Of a DNA stretch of 62,449 nt, positions 49,201 to 58,236 are shown piece after piece. A model generated the notes under the pieces. The model was given only the letters and a program-made list of their open reading frames with translations. It was not told the origin of the DNA and made no database searches. The position numbers and the translations under genes are program-made. This DNA comes from a virus. Its lineage: Duplodnaviria > Caudoviricetes. The stretch's first letter is position 1, and each line of letters opens with the position of its first letter. The stretch covers positions 1 through 62,449 of IMG/VR virus record IMGVR_UViG_3300006923_000022; one strand, given 5' to 3'.

Positions 49201-50801
49201 ATAGAAGGGGTGTTTTCTCAACTAAACAAAATTTAGTAGGGACTCTAAACGAAGATGTTAATAGCAATGGTAAGAATTATCCAGCCAACTCCTTCAAAGA
49301 TGCATATACGGGTTCTTTGACTTTAGAAGTGAATGGGATAGATGTACATACAATCAATCTGATCTCTTCTTTAAACGAGATTTCAAGCTCTAATGGAAAC
49401 ACCAGTGGTTTTATTGTCTCATCAGTCAGTTTCAGTACGACTGTGGATAATATACCAGATTATACAAAAACTTATAGAACCGGTTCGTATTATGTCGGCC
49501 CAGCCGATCAAAACTTGGGATGGAACTATGCAAGAATAAAACACATTATTGGTGGTTCAACAACAAATACAAATTATGTACAATGGGTTATAGATACAGA
49601 TTCTAATGCCCTAGCGGCAACTTTTGTTTCTTGTTCTAATTTTGATCACTTAGATATTTATTATCAATCTGGAATTAAATACTTTGCTTCTAGACCATCT
49701 GCTTCATATTCTTATACTGCTGCTAATGTCTATAGAAATATCTATTCTAATGAAGTAAATGCTCTACAATTTCCAACAACCACAAATTGTTCGATATCTA
49801 ATATCAAAGTCACAGGAGATGGGGTCTCAACGTTTAATTCTGGTGTTTCACAGACCGGATTACCAAATCTTGACAATTCAACTGATTGTGAGCAGGACTC
49901 TATTGAAATAACAGGAACAGTTAGGTTTGATTCTCTTACATCTATTTCAGGAGCGTATGGATCTGCTGCTTTTACAAAATATGATATTTCTGTGAACTCT
50001 GCAATACATCATCCTTTGAAATCAGACTTAACTAGCTCAACACAAAGTAAAACTAGCTTTATGGTTTATTCAGGCTCTATTGGAAGTACCAATAGCACAA
50101 CAAACGAATACTTTAATACAGAAACATACAGAATTGTTTCCGGAAACTATGCAAATCAAACAGACACCACCTCCTCTGCGAATGCTTGGAATTCACAAAC
50201 TCACATGAATGCTGCTAATGCTCATGGTGATGGGGTGGTGACCATAAACGGTTACGCTATCTCTCCTTTAAAAATTGGAAACCTTGGAGATACAAGAAAC
50301 TCTGGTCAAGGAGGTTCTCTACAGGCTCCAGCCGGTAATCCAAACTATTCAAGTTTAACAAATGCAACTAGATCATTTTATCGATATTTCCAAAATACAA
50401 CAGGTCAGGCAAAGCCAACTTTTACAGTTACTTTATATGGAGATGCAAATATCATATCCAAATCAGGAGCTTTTTACACTGGTTACTTAGGTGCCAATAA
50501 GAACATAAATGTTGAATTAAAAATTCCATATGACAACAATTTCACAGGCGATGATGATACTTCTACTGCTTGGGGAGATGTTGTAAAACCTTATTCTGCT
50601 GGTGTGCAACCAACAACGGATGGCATTGGAATTTACAGCGGTGGCGGTTCTGGTTTAGATCAAACTGTTGACGGAAGTGGAGCAGCAATAGGTATACAAC
50701 TCCAAGAAAAGCAAATAAGAAATAATCAATACTACGTAGTAAAAGTTACAGCCCATAAAAATTGGACAGGTCACTTATCAAGAATTTTGATAACATATTA
50801 G
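46224..50801 (+). CDS. Large fibre/spike-like protein with Gly/Thr repeats and a duplicated ~550-aa module
   Basis: GSSKFGDTADDVHQFTGS fibre motif; four repeats of GTSL.LQ.GG.TNAG.I.G; duplicated KLSFG..GWNYAR..HPLK..ETYR..WNSQTHM..GNPNYS. Confidence 0.65.
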   Translation: MGEFGWAYISGSNAGGINDSIQIKKDQAFTGSSNFTYSVASSTVALTGTLNVSGTINANAFNLDVTSKNVTNLSVTGSSKFGDTADDVHQFTGSMKTAGAVSSSLGNSALSYAGINATMTNTISSAIVSGSTMITGAAGTFASTVSGGAGTFTTLAGTSLALQNGGVTNAGSIAGATTGTFSSTVSGAAGTFTTLAGTSLALQNGGITNAGSIAGGTTISGTVGNYTTLTGTSLNLQAGGITNAGAIAGATTVSGGAGSFVAITGTSLNLQTGGITNAGAISGVTTISGSSNLQIGGTVSGSTMHLTGLSAGTATTSSFLALDTNNNIVLTSSSGGTATQSKLGAAEDGDYADGLYTDLTAETLIGVPIDRFNEVLKILAPSPAPAVNSINEDITDGITAKLSFGSSYPITDYTSSGTTAGFNAVGRSGSYSAATSGSNIRLGIYDGTQDITGYINHDTVESVANGYLAYSNDAFGNANEGTLKLELNGTVIHSVALSGLAGSGNPFTGSASSLTSQSGFINVSLTASSYDGNNAEWYIFKHRTAKFKVDAGDQKVGWNYARVIHSLTIDNTTNYIEWVNDPSGAVNDLSVSNGRIEEIALVGTKYLSGIKYNTDATAKYKVDINNLYRNIYAASGTPISFTVANSATPSAQSVADIGASENNTKVLGVTASLDFNGSTLFSGSITSNTTVTHPLKNTISNQGGATTGNGFLIDNRTLASSVWEEKFHDETYRKVSSSYNDQAATTNVSSYWNSQTHMTGSNVDGHQDGLLFHNQRLYSPVDGDIPHGGNIAALDNIASGNPNYSGIIGTRTFYRVVSNSSGVTKRDMKIVSTKSSTTYNNSSLAAANLHFFVKVPGATGWMDISQNFVYGSTSDNNGALIAGAANDVDSGNNAHFVTFGTESIAIGENVMVKILADESWSGYLSELSFSVGATSNTATETAALDDIDANNTGVPSKLSFGAANGVTNYSNATGSAISLSDINSNGSYTVSGDRRGVFSTKQNLVGTLNEDVNSNGKNYPANSFKDAYTGSLTLEVNGIDVHTINLISSLNEISSSNGNTSGFIVSSVSFSTTVDNIPDYTKTYRTGSYYVGPADQNLGWNYARIKHIIGGSTTNTNYVQWVIDTDSNALAATFVSCSNFDHLDIYYQSGIKYFASRPSASYSYTAANVYRNIYSNEVNALQFPTTTNCSISNIKVTGDGVSTFNSGVSQTGLPNLDNSTDCEQDSIEITGTVRFDSLTSISGAYGSAAFTKYDISVNSAIHHPLKSDLTSSTQSKTSFMVYSGSIGSTNSTTNEYFNTETYRIVSGNYANQTDTTSSANAWNSQTHMNAANAHGDGVVTINGYAISPLKIGNLGDTRNSGQGGSLQAPAGNPNYSSLTNATRSFYRYFQNTTGQAKPTFTVTLYGDANIISKSGAFYTGYLGANKNINVELKIPYDNNFTGDDDTSTAWGDVVKPYSAGVQPTTDGIGIYSGGGSGLDQTVDGSGAAIGIQLQEKQIRNNQYYVVKVTAHKNWTGHLSRILITY

Positions 50802-50808
50802 GAAATAA

Positions 50809-51882
50809 ATGAGTACGGGAAAAACTAACAGAACATCAACACAATTTGCGGCTAAGAAGCTGTTGGGGAAGGCCCATACCTCCAACGTATTTTCTGACGT
50901 TAATGAATCAATTCCTTCAAATGTTTCATTACCGTATAGCACTATCTTTGCTGATGATATTCCAAATACACCCGCAACTGGTGCTTTTGCAATAAGTGGA
51001 GCTGTTGAGAAAGTTTATTTAGATGTTGTCTCTTTATCAAATACGATTTATGATGCAAACGATGCAAATGGTGGTGGAGATGAGGCCTCAACAAATGGTG
51101 CTCATGGATATTATCTTAAACTTCCTTCAAACTACGAAACAACCTCATCCAATCCACAGCGAGGAACTGGGTCTTTCACAAACAGTACACGAATTTATAA
51201 TACCAGAGGTGCACTACAACTTGTACCTCCATTAATATCAAATGCCAATCCGAACCTTTATTTCCTAAAATTATACAAAGGAACAGTTAGTGATGCCAAT
51301 GAGATAACGTCTGGCGATGCTGTAGACTGGCAGATAGATTACTACTCAGGTGTTGTTTTTATACAGGACTATAATTCTTCAACAGTTCCTGTTTCAGCTT
51401 CTGCTTATCTGTATGTTGGAGATTACCTTGATACAAAGATAACAGAAATTTCTAGTAGTGGTACCGATATAACAGTTAAGGACGAGGGTTCAAACATATC
51501 AACAGAAGCTTCTTCTTTTGATTTTGTGGGTGCTGGTGTAACTGCTACCAATTCTAGTGACAACATCACTGTTACAATTCCCGGTGGAATAAACTATGCC
51601 AGAACAGCCGTAACTTCCACAGTAACCTCATCAATCTCCTCTAGAATATTGGGAATCTCCGCTTCAGCCGCATTAGAAATTAGATTACCAGCAGCATCTG
51701 GCTATACTTCTGGGCAATACTTTGTGGTTAAGGACGAAGCAGGAAATGCAGATTCAAACAATATAACGATTCTAACGACGGGAGCAGATACTATTGATGG
51801 TCAAACATCAATTGTGTTAGAATCTCCCTATGCAGCTGTAAATATTTACAGTAATGGTTCCGACAGTTTCTTTATCTATTAG
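50809..51882 (+). CDS. Fibre-associated protein with T4 gp9/gp10/gp34-like C-terminal beta module
   Basis: C-terminal LPAA..GQYFVVKDEAGNA..NNITI..G.DTIDG..VLESPY.AV.IY.NG. Confidence 0.55.
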   Translation: MSTGKTNRTSTQFAAKKLLGKAHTSNVFSDVNESIPSNVSLPYSTIFADDIPNTPATGAFAISGAVEKVYLDVVSLSNTIYDANDANGGGDEASTNGAHGYYLKLPSNYETTSSNPQRGTGSFTNSTRIYNTRGALQLVPPLISNANPNLYFLKLYKGTVSDANEITSGDAVDWQIDYYSGVVFIQDYNSSTVPVSASAYLYVGDYLDTKITEISSSGTDITVKDEGSNISTEASSFDFVGAGVTATNSSDNITVTIPGGINYARTAVTSTVTSSISSRILGISASAALEIRLPAASGYTSGQYFVVKDEAGNADSNNITILTTGADTIDGQTSIVLESPYAAVNIYSNGSDSFFIY

Positions 51883-51903
51883 GGTAGATACCGAATTTTA
51901 CTT

Positions 51904-51985
51904 ACTATTTATAACGAAATGGGCGTTCGCGTCCATGAGTCCATATATTTTAATATGAGACTCAGCTATTATATCTATGGAGGAT
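51904..51985 (+). promoter_or_regulatory. Late motif plus structured 5' leader (two hairpins)
   Basis: ACTATTTA at 51904-51911; ATGGGCG-TTCG-CGTCCAT at 51919-51936; GAGTC-CATAT...ATATG-A-GACTC at 51937-51963; GGAGG SD. Confidence 0.6.
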
Positions 51986-51991
51986 TAAAAA

Positions 51992-53398
51992 ATGGCTTAT
52001 AAATTTAACGTGGGGACCTTTAATATTAAAGGTGCCATTGATATGAGTTCAGCTACATCTGTTGCTCATAAAGACCTATCAGTAGCAACAGCTGACCTTG
52101 CTGCTGACGCAGTTGACGGTACTAAACTTGCTGATGATGCTATTGATTCAGAACACTATACAAACGGTTCGATTGATGGAGCTCACATTGCTGATAATGC
52201 AATTGATTCACAACACTATGCAGACGTTTCAATTGATTCAGCTCACATTGCTGATAATGCAGTAACCCTTGCTAAAATGGATGGTATTGCCCGTGGTAAA
52301 ATCATTGTTGGTGATGCTGCTGGTAACCCTTCGGTTCTTGCAGCTGGAGCTGTCGGCAAAATTCTTGTTGCCGATGGTTTTGGTGACCCTTCTTGGACCA
52401 CCATGGCAGGCGATGCTACTATAAGCGGTGGTACACTAACTATTGCTGACAATGCGATTGATAGTGACCAATATGTTAATGGCTCAATCGATCTTGTTCA
52501 CATGAGCGCAGCTTCAGTTGGTACTGATCAGTACGTTACCGCTTCAGTGGTGAACGTCCACTTGGTGAATGACGGTATCACTATTTGCGGTACAGACACC
52601 TCACTCGGTGGTTCTATCGCTGCTAGTGTTATTGCTACTGCTATTGATAGTGAAGACATGGCAATTACAGGCTTGACTGACCTTGACGTCAAGTCTGCTG
52701 GTAACATTACTATTCTTGACACAGTTGGAGCTAATACTCTTACTGTTGGTGCTGCTAGCACAACTGTTTCTATCGCTGGTAATTTAGCTGTTGCTGGAAC
52801 AACCACAACAATTAATTCAACTGATCTTCTTGTTGCAGACAAAATCATTCAAGTTGCTGCTGGCGCATCCAACCAAGCCACATCTAAAGATTCAGGTCTT
52901 TTGTTCGGTTTAGGTGATGTTAATGGTGCTCGACTCCTTTATGAAGTTGATGCTGGCAACAGTAACAATCAAGAATTAGTTGCAAGACAAGGTACCGGTA
53001 CAAATAGCGCTAGTCTTATTAGCATTAAAGCTAAAGATTTTATTGGTGATGGATCAGGTTTGACTGGCATTTCTGCTGATGCTGCTAGTGCAATGAGACA
53101 TACTATGAGTAACATTACAGCTTCTAACACAATTTCTGCTGTGGGAATGGTTATTTGCAATCTTCAACCCAGTACAGCTGGTATATTGACGATTAGTGGG
53201 TCTTTCACACAAGGTGATCAGATTCTTGTTAAAGCTGGTTCGAATGTTGACACTACCGCTACTTTGACAGTTACTGGTGCTGCTGGTTATGGATATAACT
53301 TTGATGGTGCTCAAACTGCCGTATTAGAATCGCCTCGTGCAGGTTTCACTCTTGTTTATGATGGAGATGCACCTAACGCTCTATGGCACATTATGTAA
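51992..53398 (+). CDS. Fibre protein with 10-aa ADNAIDS.HY repeats
   Basis: ADDAIDSEHY/NGSIDGAHI/ADNAIDSQHY repeats; GNL.V.GTTTTINST...V.DK fibre motif; shared C-terminal module. Confidence 0.65.
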   Translation: MAYKFNVGTFNIKGAIDMSSATSVAHKDLSVATADLAADAVDGTKLADDAIDSEHYTNGSIDGAHIADNAIDSQHYADVSIDSAHIADNAVTLAKMDGIARGKIIVGDAAGNPSVLAAGAVGKILVADGFGDPSWTTMAGDATISGGTLTIADNAIDSDQYVNGSIDLVHMSAASVGTDQYVTASVVNVHLVNDGITICGTDTSLGGSIAASVIATAIDSEDMAITGLTDLDVKSAGNITILDTVGANTLTVGAASTTVSIAGNLAVAGTTTTINSTDLLVADKIIQVAAGASNQATSKDSGLLFGLGDVNGARLLYEVDAGNSNNQELVARQGTGTNSASLISIKAKDFIGDGSGLTGISADAASAMRHTMSNITASNTISAVGMVICNLQPSTAGILTISGSFTQGDQILVKAGSNVDTTATLTVTGAAGYGYNFDGAQTAVLESPRAGFTLVYDGDAPNALWHIM

Positions 53399-53440
53399 TA
53401 TTTTTTACAACAAGATTATTATCTTATGTTCTCAAAAGAA

Positions 53441-53465
53441 GGTCGGGCGAAAGCTCGGCCTTTTT
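53441..53465 (+). terminator. Intrinsic terminator
   Basis: GGTCGGGC-GAAA-GCTCGGCC followed by TTTTT; a late motif TCTATTTA (53465-53472) follows at once. Confidence 0.85.
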
Positions 53466-53491
53466 CTATTTATTGTTAAAGGAGAAACAGC

Positions 53492-55000
53492 ATGGCTTAT
53501 AAATTTTCAAAAGGTTCACAAGTTATCGGAGACCTAAAAGCAGCAGATGATGCCGAAAGAAATACGCTGATAGATTTTGGAGAGGACCAAATAGAATTCC
53601 AAACAGGTGGTTCGACAAGATTGAAAGTAGATAATCAAGGAGTAGAAGTTACAGGTTCTATTCATGTTGCTACCGGTGGTACCATAAGAATCGGCAGTAG
53701 TTCAATCAATCAAAATGAACTAAGCAGAATTAGTTTGTCAGAAAATATTAATTCGAATGGTGATGCCTTTCTTTTGCTTGACTCCTACGGAGGATTTACC
53801 ATTGAAGATTCTGACAATTCTAGTGCATCTATGGTGTTTAGTAATCCAAATGTCAGCAACAACGCCTCCTTAAAAATAAGAAAATCATTTTCAGAACAAG
53901 ATTCTATTGAACTACATGCTTCAAGTGGATTATCATTGGATGGTGGTTCAACGTTTATAACATCTGCTGAAATCAATGTTCTAGATTCTGTAACTGCTGG
54001 AACAGCAGCTGCTTCTAAGGCAGTTGTTGCGGATTCAAATATTGATATCACAGGAATCAACACAGGTTCATTTGGAAAGATTATCACTTCAAAGCTTTCT
54101 TCTAGTTCTGGTACAATGGAATTACAAACAGGTGGTTCAACAAGACTCAAGATTGAAAATGATGTTATAACCACAACCACTGCATTGCATATAAGTGCTT
54201 CCGTAACAGCGGGCTTAAGGATATCAAAAAATGACGCAAATTATAGAGAAATACAATTTGAAAATGATGGTTCAGAAGCCGGCTTCATACAAATTAATTC
54301 CTCAGAACACTTTGTTATTGGTAATCAAACCAATGGAAAAAGTCTCGGTTTCTTTACTACCGGTGGTGATGGTACTGCTGAAAGAGTGAGAATAGGATCA
54401 GGCGGTTATGTTGGAATTGGAACAGCTTCGCCATCAAGGGAACTACATGTTTCAGGGTCTGATGGCAGAATAAGAGTTGAAGGAAATGCCGGCAATCATC
54501 CGGGTTATGAGTGGGCCGAGGCAGGAACTAGAAAATGGATAGTATATAACGACCCATCTGATGATAAGCTTGTGTTTAAAACAGACAGTACTGATAGAAT
54601 GGTGATAGAACAGGACGGAAAGGTCGGCATCGGTACGACATCTCCTAGCTATACACTAGATGTCAGTGGCTCAACAAGGAGCGCTGGTGCTGTATATAAG
54701 AACACAACTGTTGTAGATTCTTTTCCATACACAGTTACGGCAAGCGATTATATATTGCTGGTAAAAGGATCAGGTGCTAGAACAATAAACTTTCCAGCCA
54801 AAGCCGCTGAACTAGGCAGAATATTAATAATCAAAGATGCTCTCGGCAATTTTGGTTCCGGCACTGTTACAATAGATCCAAACGGTAGTGAAACGATTGA
54901 CGGGCAAACGACTAAGCCAATGGCTGTCAACTGGAAATCGATGACTTACGTTTGCGGTCCGGATGAATGGCACAGGGTCTCTGAATTTACAGCGAATTAA
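53492..55000 (+). CDS. Fibre protein
   Basis: Repeated G.VGIGT.SP...L.VSGS fibre motif; MAYKF N-terminus shared with 51992; shared C-terminal KDA.GN...VTI..NG.ETIDG module. Confidence 0.7.
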   Translation: MAYKFSKGSQVIGDLKAADDAERNTLIDFGEDQIEFQTGGSTRLKVDNQGVEVTGSIHVATGGTIRIGSSSINQNELSRISLSENINSNGDAFLLLDSYGGFTIEDSDNSSASMVFSNPNVSNNASLKIRKSFSEQDSIELHASSGLSLDGGSTFITSAEINVLDSVTAGTAAASKAVVADSNIDITGINTGSFGKIITSKLSSSSGTMELQTGGSTRLKIENDVITTTTALHISASVTAGLRISKNDANYREIQFENDGSEAGFIQINSSEHFVIGNQTNGKSLGFFTTGGDGTAERVRIGSGGYVGIGTASPSRELHVSGSDGRIRVEGNAGNHPGYEWAEAGTRKWIVYNDPSDDKLVFKTDSTDRMVIEQDGKVGIGTTSPSYTLDVSGSTRSAGAVYKNTTVVDSFPYTVTASDYILLVKGSGARTINFPAKAAELGRILIIKDALGNFGSGTVTIDPNGSETIDGQTTKPMAVNWKSMTYVCGPDEWHRVSEFTAN

Positions 55001-55072
55001 TAAAAAATTATTCTTTCAAACAAGCACCATTACTCTCTCTTGACAATAGAATGTTCTTTTCTTATTCATTAA

Positions 55073-55080
55073 ACTATTTA
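55073..55080 (+). promoter_or_regulatory. Putative late promoter motif (ACTATTTA)
   Basis: Intergenic, upstream of the scaffold-capsid operon, with AGGAG SD. Confidence 0.65.
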
Positions 55081-55112
55081 TTGTTGATAAACGTTTATTA
55101 GGAGATGTATTA

Positions 55113-56192
55113 ATGTCATCAATGTTAGAACAAGCAATCGTAGACGCTCAGGCGTTGCGTGAAGCAGCATTAAAAAATGCTGAACAATCTGTAATTGAGA
55201 AATACGCACCAGAAATTAAAGCTGCTGTTGAATCTCTATTAGAAGGTAAGGAAGTCATCGAGGAACAGATCGCTGATGAGGCTGCTGCTGTAGGTGGTGC
55301 TGCTCAATTTGATATACCTTATGCTTCTGATCCCGGGATGGGAACTGGAGAACAAGTCGAGATGGAATTAGAATTTGAATTTAACCCAGAAGACTTCAAA
55401 TTGGATCTTGAAAGTATTAAAGATCAAGCTCAGGCTGACCCATCATCTGCTGGTGAGACAACTGAAACAACCGCTGACCTTGCTGGTGAGTTAGGTTTGG
55501 GTGGAGATGAGGTTATTGCTGAACCTGCCACAGAAGATGCTGGTGGACTCGAGGGGCTCTTGGAAGAATCCCAAAACGATGAAGATCAAATGATTGCAGA
55601 ACTTCTTGCACTCCTAGAAGAAACAGATGAAGAGGAAGTTATCGACGAAGCTCTTACTGTTGATGTTGGAGCCGAGAAGCATGGTTGGATAACAACCGAC
55701 GATGCAACGAGAAAATACGACCAAGAATTAGAATTGGCAAAACGCCAATCAGACGAATATAAAGATAGTGCCGAGCAAATGACCGGAGAGCTAGAAGGCT
55801 TGAAGAATTCATTGGCAACTTATCAAACAAATCAAGACAAGCTTCACAAAGTTATCACAGATATAACAGACAAGCTTGAAGAAGCATTGATTAGCAATGC
55901 CCGTTTACTATATACAAATAAAGTTTTAAGCGATGCCTCCTTGAATGAGCGACAAAAGTCAAAAATTGTCGAAGTCATCGTTAAGGCAGAAACAATAAAG
56001 GAAGCCAAGTCTTTGTACGAGACCCTTAAAGAAGCTACAGTGGGAGCAACCAAAAAGTCTCCACAATCACTTAGTGAGTCCGTAAATCGAAGATCCAATC
56101 TTTCCCACGTTATGCCACGCCGCAAGCAAGAGACTTTAAATGAAAATCATTCTTTCTCTGAGAGAATGAAAAAGCTTGCTGGTCTAGACTAA
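55113..56192 (+). CDS. Prohead scaffolding/core protein (T4 gp22-like)
   Basis: Very acidic coiled-coil protein immediately before the MCP, many L-x-E sites, C-terminal RMKKLAGL. Confidence 0.8.
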   Translation: MSSMLEQAIVDAQALREAALKNAEQSVIEKYAPEIKAAVESLLEGKEVIEEQIADEAAAVGGAAQFDIPYASDPGMGTGEQVEMELEFEFNPEDFKLDLESIKDQAQADPSSAGETTETTADLAGELGLGGDEVIAEPATEDAGGLEGLLEESQNDEDQMIAELLALLEETDEEEVIDEALTVDVGAEKHGWITTDDATRKYDQELELAKRQSDEYKDSAEQMTGELEGLKNSLATYQTNQDKLHKVITDITDKLEEALISNARLLYTNKVLSDASLNERQKSKIVEVIVKAETIKEAKSLYETLKEATVGATKKSPQSLSESVNRRSNLSHVMPRRKQETLNENHSFSERMKKLAGLD

Positions 56193-56218
56193 AAAATACA
56201 ATTAAGGAGGTATAAAAA

Positions 56219-58033
56219 ATGTCTATAATTGAAAAATTAACAGAAGGCATCGTCAACCGTGATATGAAAGCGGAAGGTAGTGCACTTCTAAACAAGTGGT
56301 CCTCAACTGGACTTCTTGAGGGTCTTGAGACCCAACATAAAAAGGCGACAATGGCTCGTCTTTTGGAAAACCAAGCAAAAGAACTTCTTCGAGAGTCTTC
56401 TAGCATGGCTGCTGGTGACGTTGAAGGTTTTGCTGCTGTTGCTTTCCCTATCGTTCGTCGTGTATTCGCCGGACTTATTGCAAATGATCTTGTAAGTGTT
56501 CAACCGATGTCTTTGCCATCTGGCTTGATCTTCTTCTTAGATTTCAAATTCTCACCAGATGCTGGTGGAACTACTGCTGTAATGCCTCGTATGGGTAATG
56601 CTGCTGAAGGTTCTATCTATGGTACTGATAAGTTAGGTTCAGGAATCATTGATGGTGTTAATCTTGTTGATGCTGGTGGAAAAGAAGATTTTAGTGGTCC
56701 CGGTCGTGGAGGATCTGTAGGTTATGCTTATGCATCTCCAAGCGGCTCTATTGCTGCTGTTGCTACTGGTGACGGTCGCGCACTCGTCTTTGATCTAGAT
56801 GGTGCTGTAACGGACGCAAACAAGAAAATCATTAAGTTTGATCCTGATCTTTTAACTATTGATGATAGTACTTATAAAATTGTCGTTGTAGATCTTAAAA
56901 CCTCAGCATTTACTTGTTCCACTGGTGATGTTGATTATGACAATCTATCTGCATTCCAGTTTGACGTTACTGACTTAGCTACAGATATTACTGCTGTTTC
57001 TAATTCAGCTACAATGAAGCAAATCCGTCGTTTGACTGATAAGGTTACTACTGCTGAGTCTTTGAATGGTCAAGGCGAATCAGTTCGTTTTATCTTCTCA
57101 ATTGAGACCGGCGGAGCCGCTGTCGCTGTTCAAGCTGCTTTGGCTAACGCCACCAACGCTGCTCATATTACAGTTCCTATCAAGGATCAATATGACAACG
57201 TTGGCGCAACCTCGGTTGGTGCCATTGTTGGTGATTTATTTGCACTTGAAGGGTTAGCAGAAATCCCAGAAATCGACATCAGTGTTGATTCAACTGCGAT
57301 CACAGCCCAGACCAAGAAGCTTAAAGCTAAATGGACACCTGAGTTGGGTCAAGATTTGAATGCTTACCATAATATTGATGCTGAAGTTGAATTGACTTCT
57401 ATTCTTTCTGAGCAAATTGCTCTTGAGATTGACCGTGAGATCCTTGCTGACCTTGTAAATGGCGCAACTGCTGCCACTTACTACTGGGCTCGTTCTCCCG
57501 GACTATTTGTAAACAGAGAAACTGGTACTGAAATTGGTGCAACTTCTGCTGCTCCTGACTTTACCGGAACTGTTTCTGAATGGTATGAGACTCTTATTGA
57601 AACTATCAATGACGTTTCTGCTCAAATCCACAGAAAGACACTTCGTGGCGGAGCTAACTATGTAGTTTGTTCTCCTGAAGGTGCTAATATCCTTGAGTTC
57701 ACCTCTGGATTCCGTGCTAACGTAACTGCTGACGCTGATAAAGGTGACATTGGTGCTGTTAAGGCCGGAAGTCTTTCTCGCAAGTTCGACGTTATCGTTG
57801 ACCCTTACTTCCCTCGTAACTTAATGCTCGTTGGACGTAAAGGTGGTTCTTTCTTAGAATCAGGTTACGTATATGCACCTTATGTGCCTCTACAAGTAAC
57901 TCCAACTATCTTCGGACCAGAAGACTTTGTTCCTCGTAAAGGTGTAATGACTCGTTATGCTAAGAAGATGGTACGTCCTGACATGTACGGTCTTGTTATC
58001 ATTCGTGGTCTCCTTGGCGAATCTGGAGCTTAG
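56219..58033 (+). CDS. Major capsid protein (T4 gp23-like)
   Basis: LLENQ, VSVQPM..PSGL.F.L, KLKAKWTPELGQDLNAYH.IDAE.EL..ILSE.I.LEIDREI, YAPYVPL, GVMTRY; TAAGGAGG SD. Confidence 0.95.
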   Translation: MSIIEKLTEGIVNRDMKAEGSALLNKWSSTGLLEGLETQHKKATMARLLENQAKELLRESSSMAAGDVEGFAAVAFPIVRRVFAGLIANDLVSVQPMSLPSGLIFFLDFKFSPDAGGTTAVMPRMGNAAEGSIYGTDKLGSGIIDGVNLVDAGGKEDFSGPGRGGSVGYAYASPSGSIAAVATGDGRALVFDLDGAVTDANKKIIKFDPDLLTIDDSTYKIVVVDLKTSAFTCSTGDVDYDNLSAFQFDVTDLATDITAVSNSATMKQIRRLTDKVTTAESLNGQGESVRFIFSIETGGAAVAVQAALANATNAAHITVPIKDQYDNVGATSVGAIVGDLFALEGLAEIPEIDISVDSTAITAQTKKLKAKWTPELGQDLNAYHNIDAEVELTSILSEQIALEIDREILADLVNGATAATYYWARSPGLFVNRETGTEIGATSAAPDFTGTVSEWYETLIETINDVSAQIHRKTLRGGANYVVCSPEGANILEFTSGFRANVTADADKGDIGAVKAGSLSRKFDVIVDPYFPRNLMLVGRKGGSFLESGYVYAPYVPLQVTPTIFGPEDFVPRKGVMTRYAKKMVRPDMYGLVIIRGLLGESGA

Positions 58034-58070
58034 TCCTTGACTGAGTAAGAAGATAACCTTAAAATGAAAT

Positions 58071-58100
58071 GCCCCTTATCTTCGGATTTGGGGCTTTTCT
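58071..58100 (+). terminator. Intrinsic terminator with UU/UU internal loop
   Basis: GCCCC-TT-ATC-TTCG-GAT-TT-GGGGC-TTTT after the MCP. Confidence 0.8.
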
Positions 58101-58122
58101 ATTTCTAGATACTAATTACTAC

Positions 58123-58210
58123 GACTTGAATTCTGGTCTCCTTTGAGCGAGGCCCCTGCTCACTGTCTCTACCGGAATGGGGCTGGTAGAAACTGACCAG
58201 AAAACGGGTC
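58123..58210 (+). ncRNA. Candidate structured RNA: three-way junction with complementary loops
   Basis: P1 58131-58138/58195-58202 (extended by 58123-58128/58205-58210); P2 58144-58148/58158-58162; P3 58168-58175/58183-58190; loops CCCC and GGGG; preceded by ACTAATTA at 58111-58118. Confidence 0.6.
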
Positions 58211-58236
58211 CATAATTATAAAAAAGGAGAAATATT

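Noticed and set aside
46600-54200. Diversity-generating retroelement or CRISPR array suggested by repeats in the fibre genes
   Set aside because: The repeats are in-frame coding repeats with synonymous divergence; I saw no adenine-specific TR/VR pair, reverse transcriptase or repeat-spacer periodicity.
55040-55070. Sigma70 promoter upstream of the scaffold gene
   Set aside because: TTGACA is present but there is no convincing -10 box at 16-18 nt.
30981-58033. Inteins or introns in primase, terminase, portal or capsid genes
   Set aside because: No splicing motifs or homing endonucleases were seen; the extra length of the MCP and portal is explained by an insertion domain and a low-complexity acidic tail.
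58123-58210. Purine riboswitch or hammerhead ribozyme
   Set aside because: GTCTCTACC resembles the purine riboswitch J2/3, but the UAUAAU, AUAUGG and CCGUAAA elements are missing; there is no CUGANGA core for a hammerhead.
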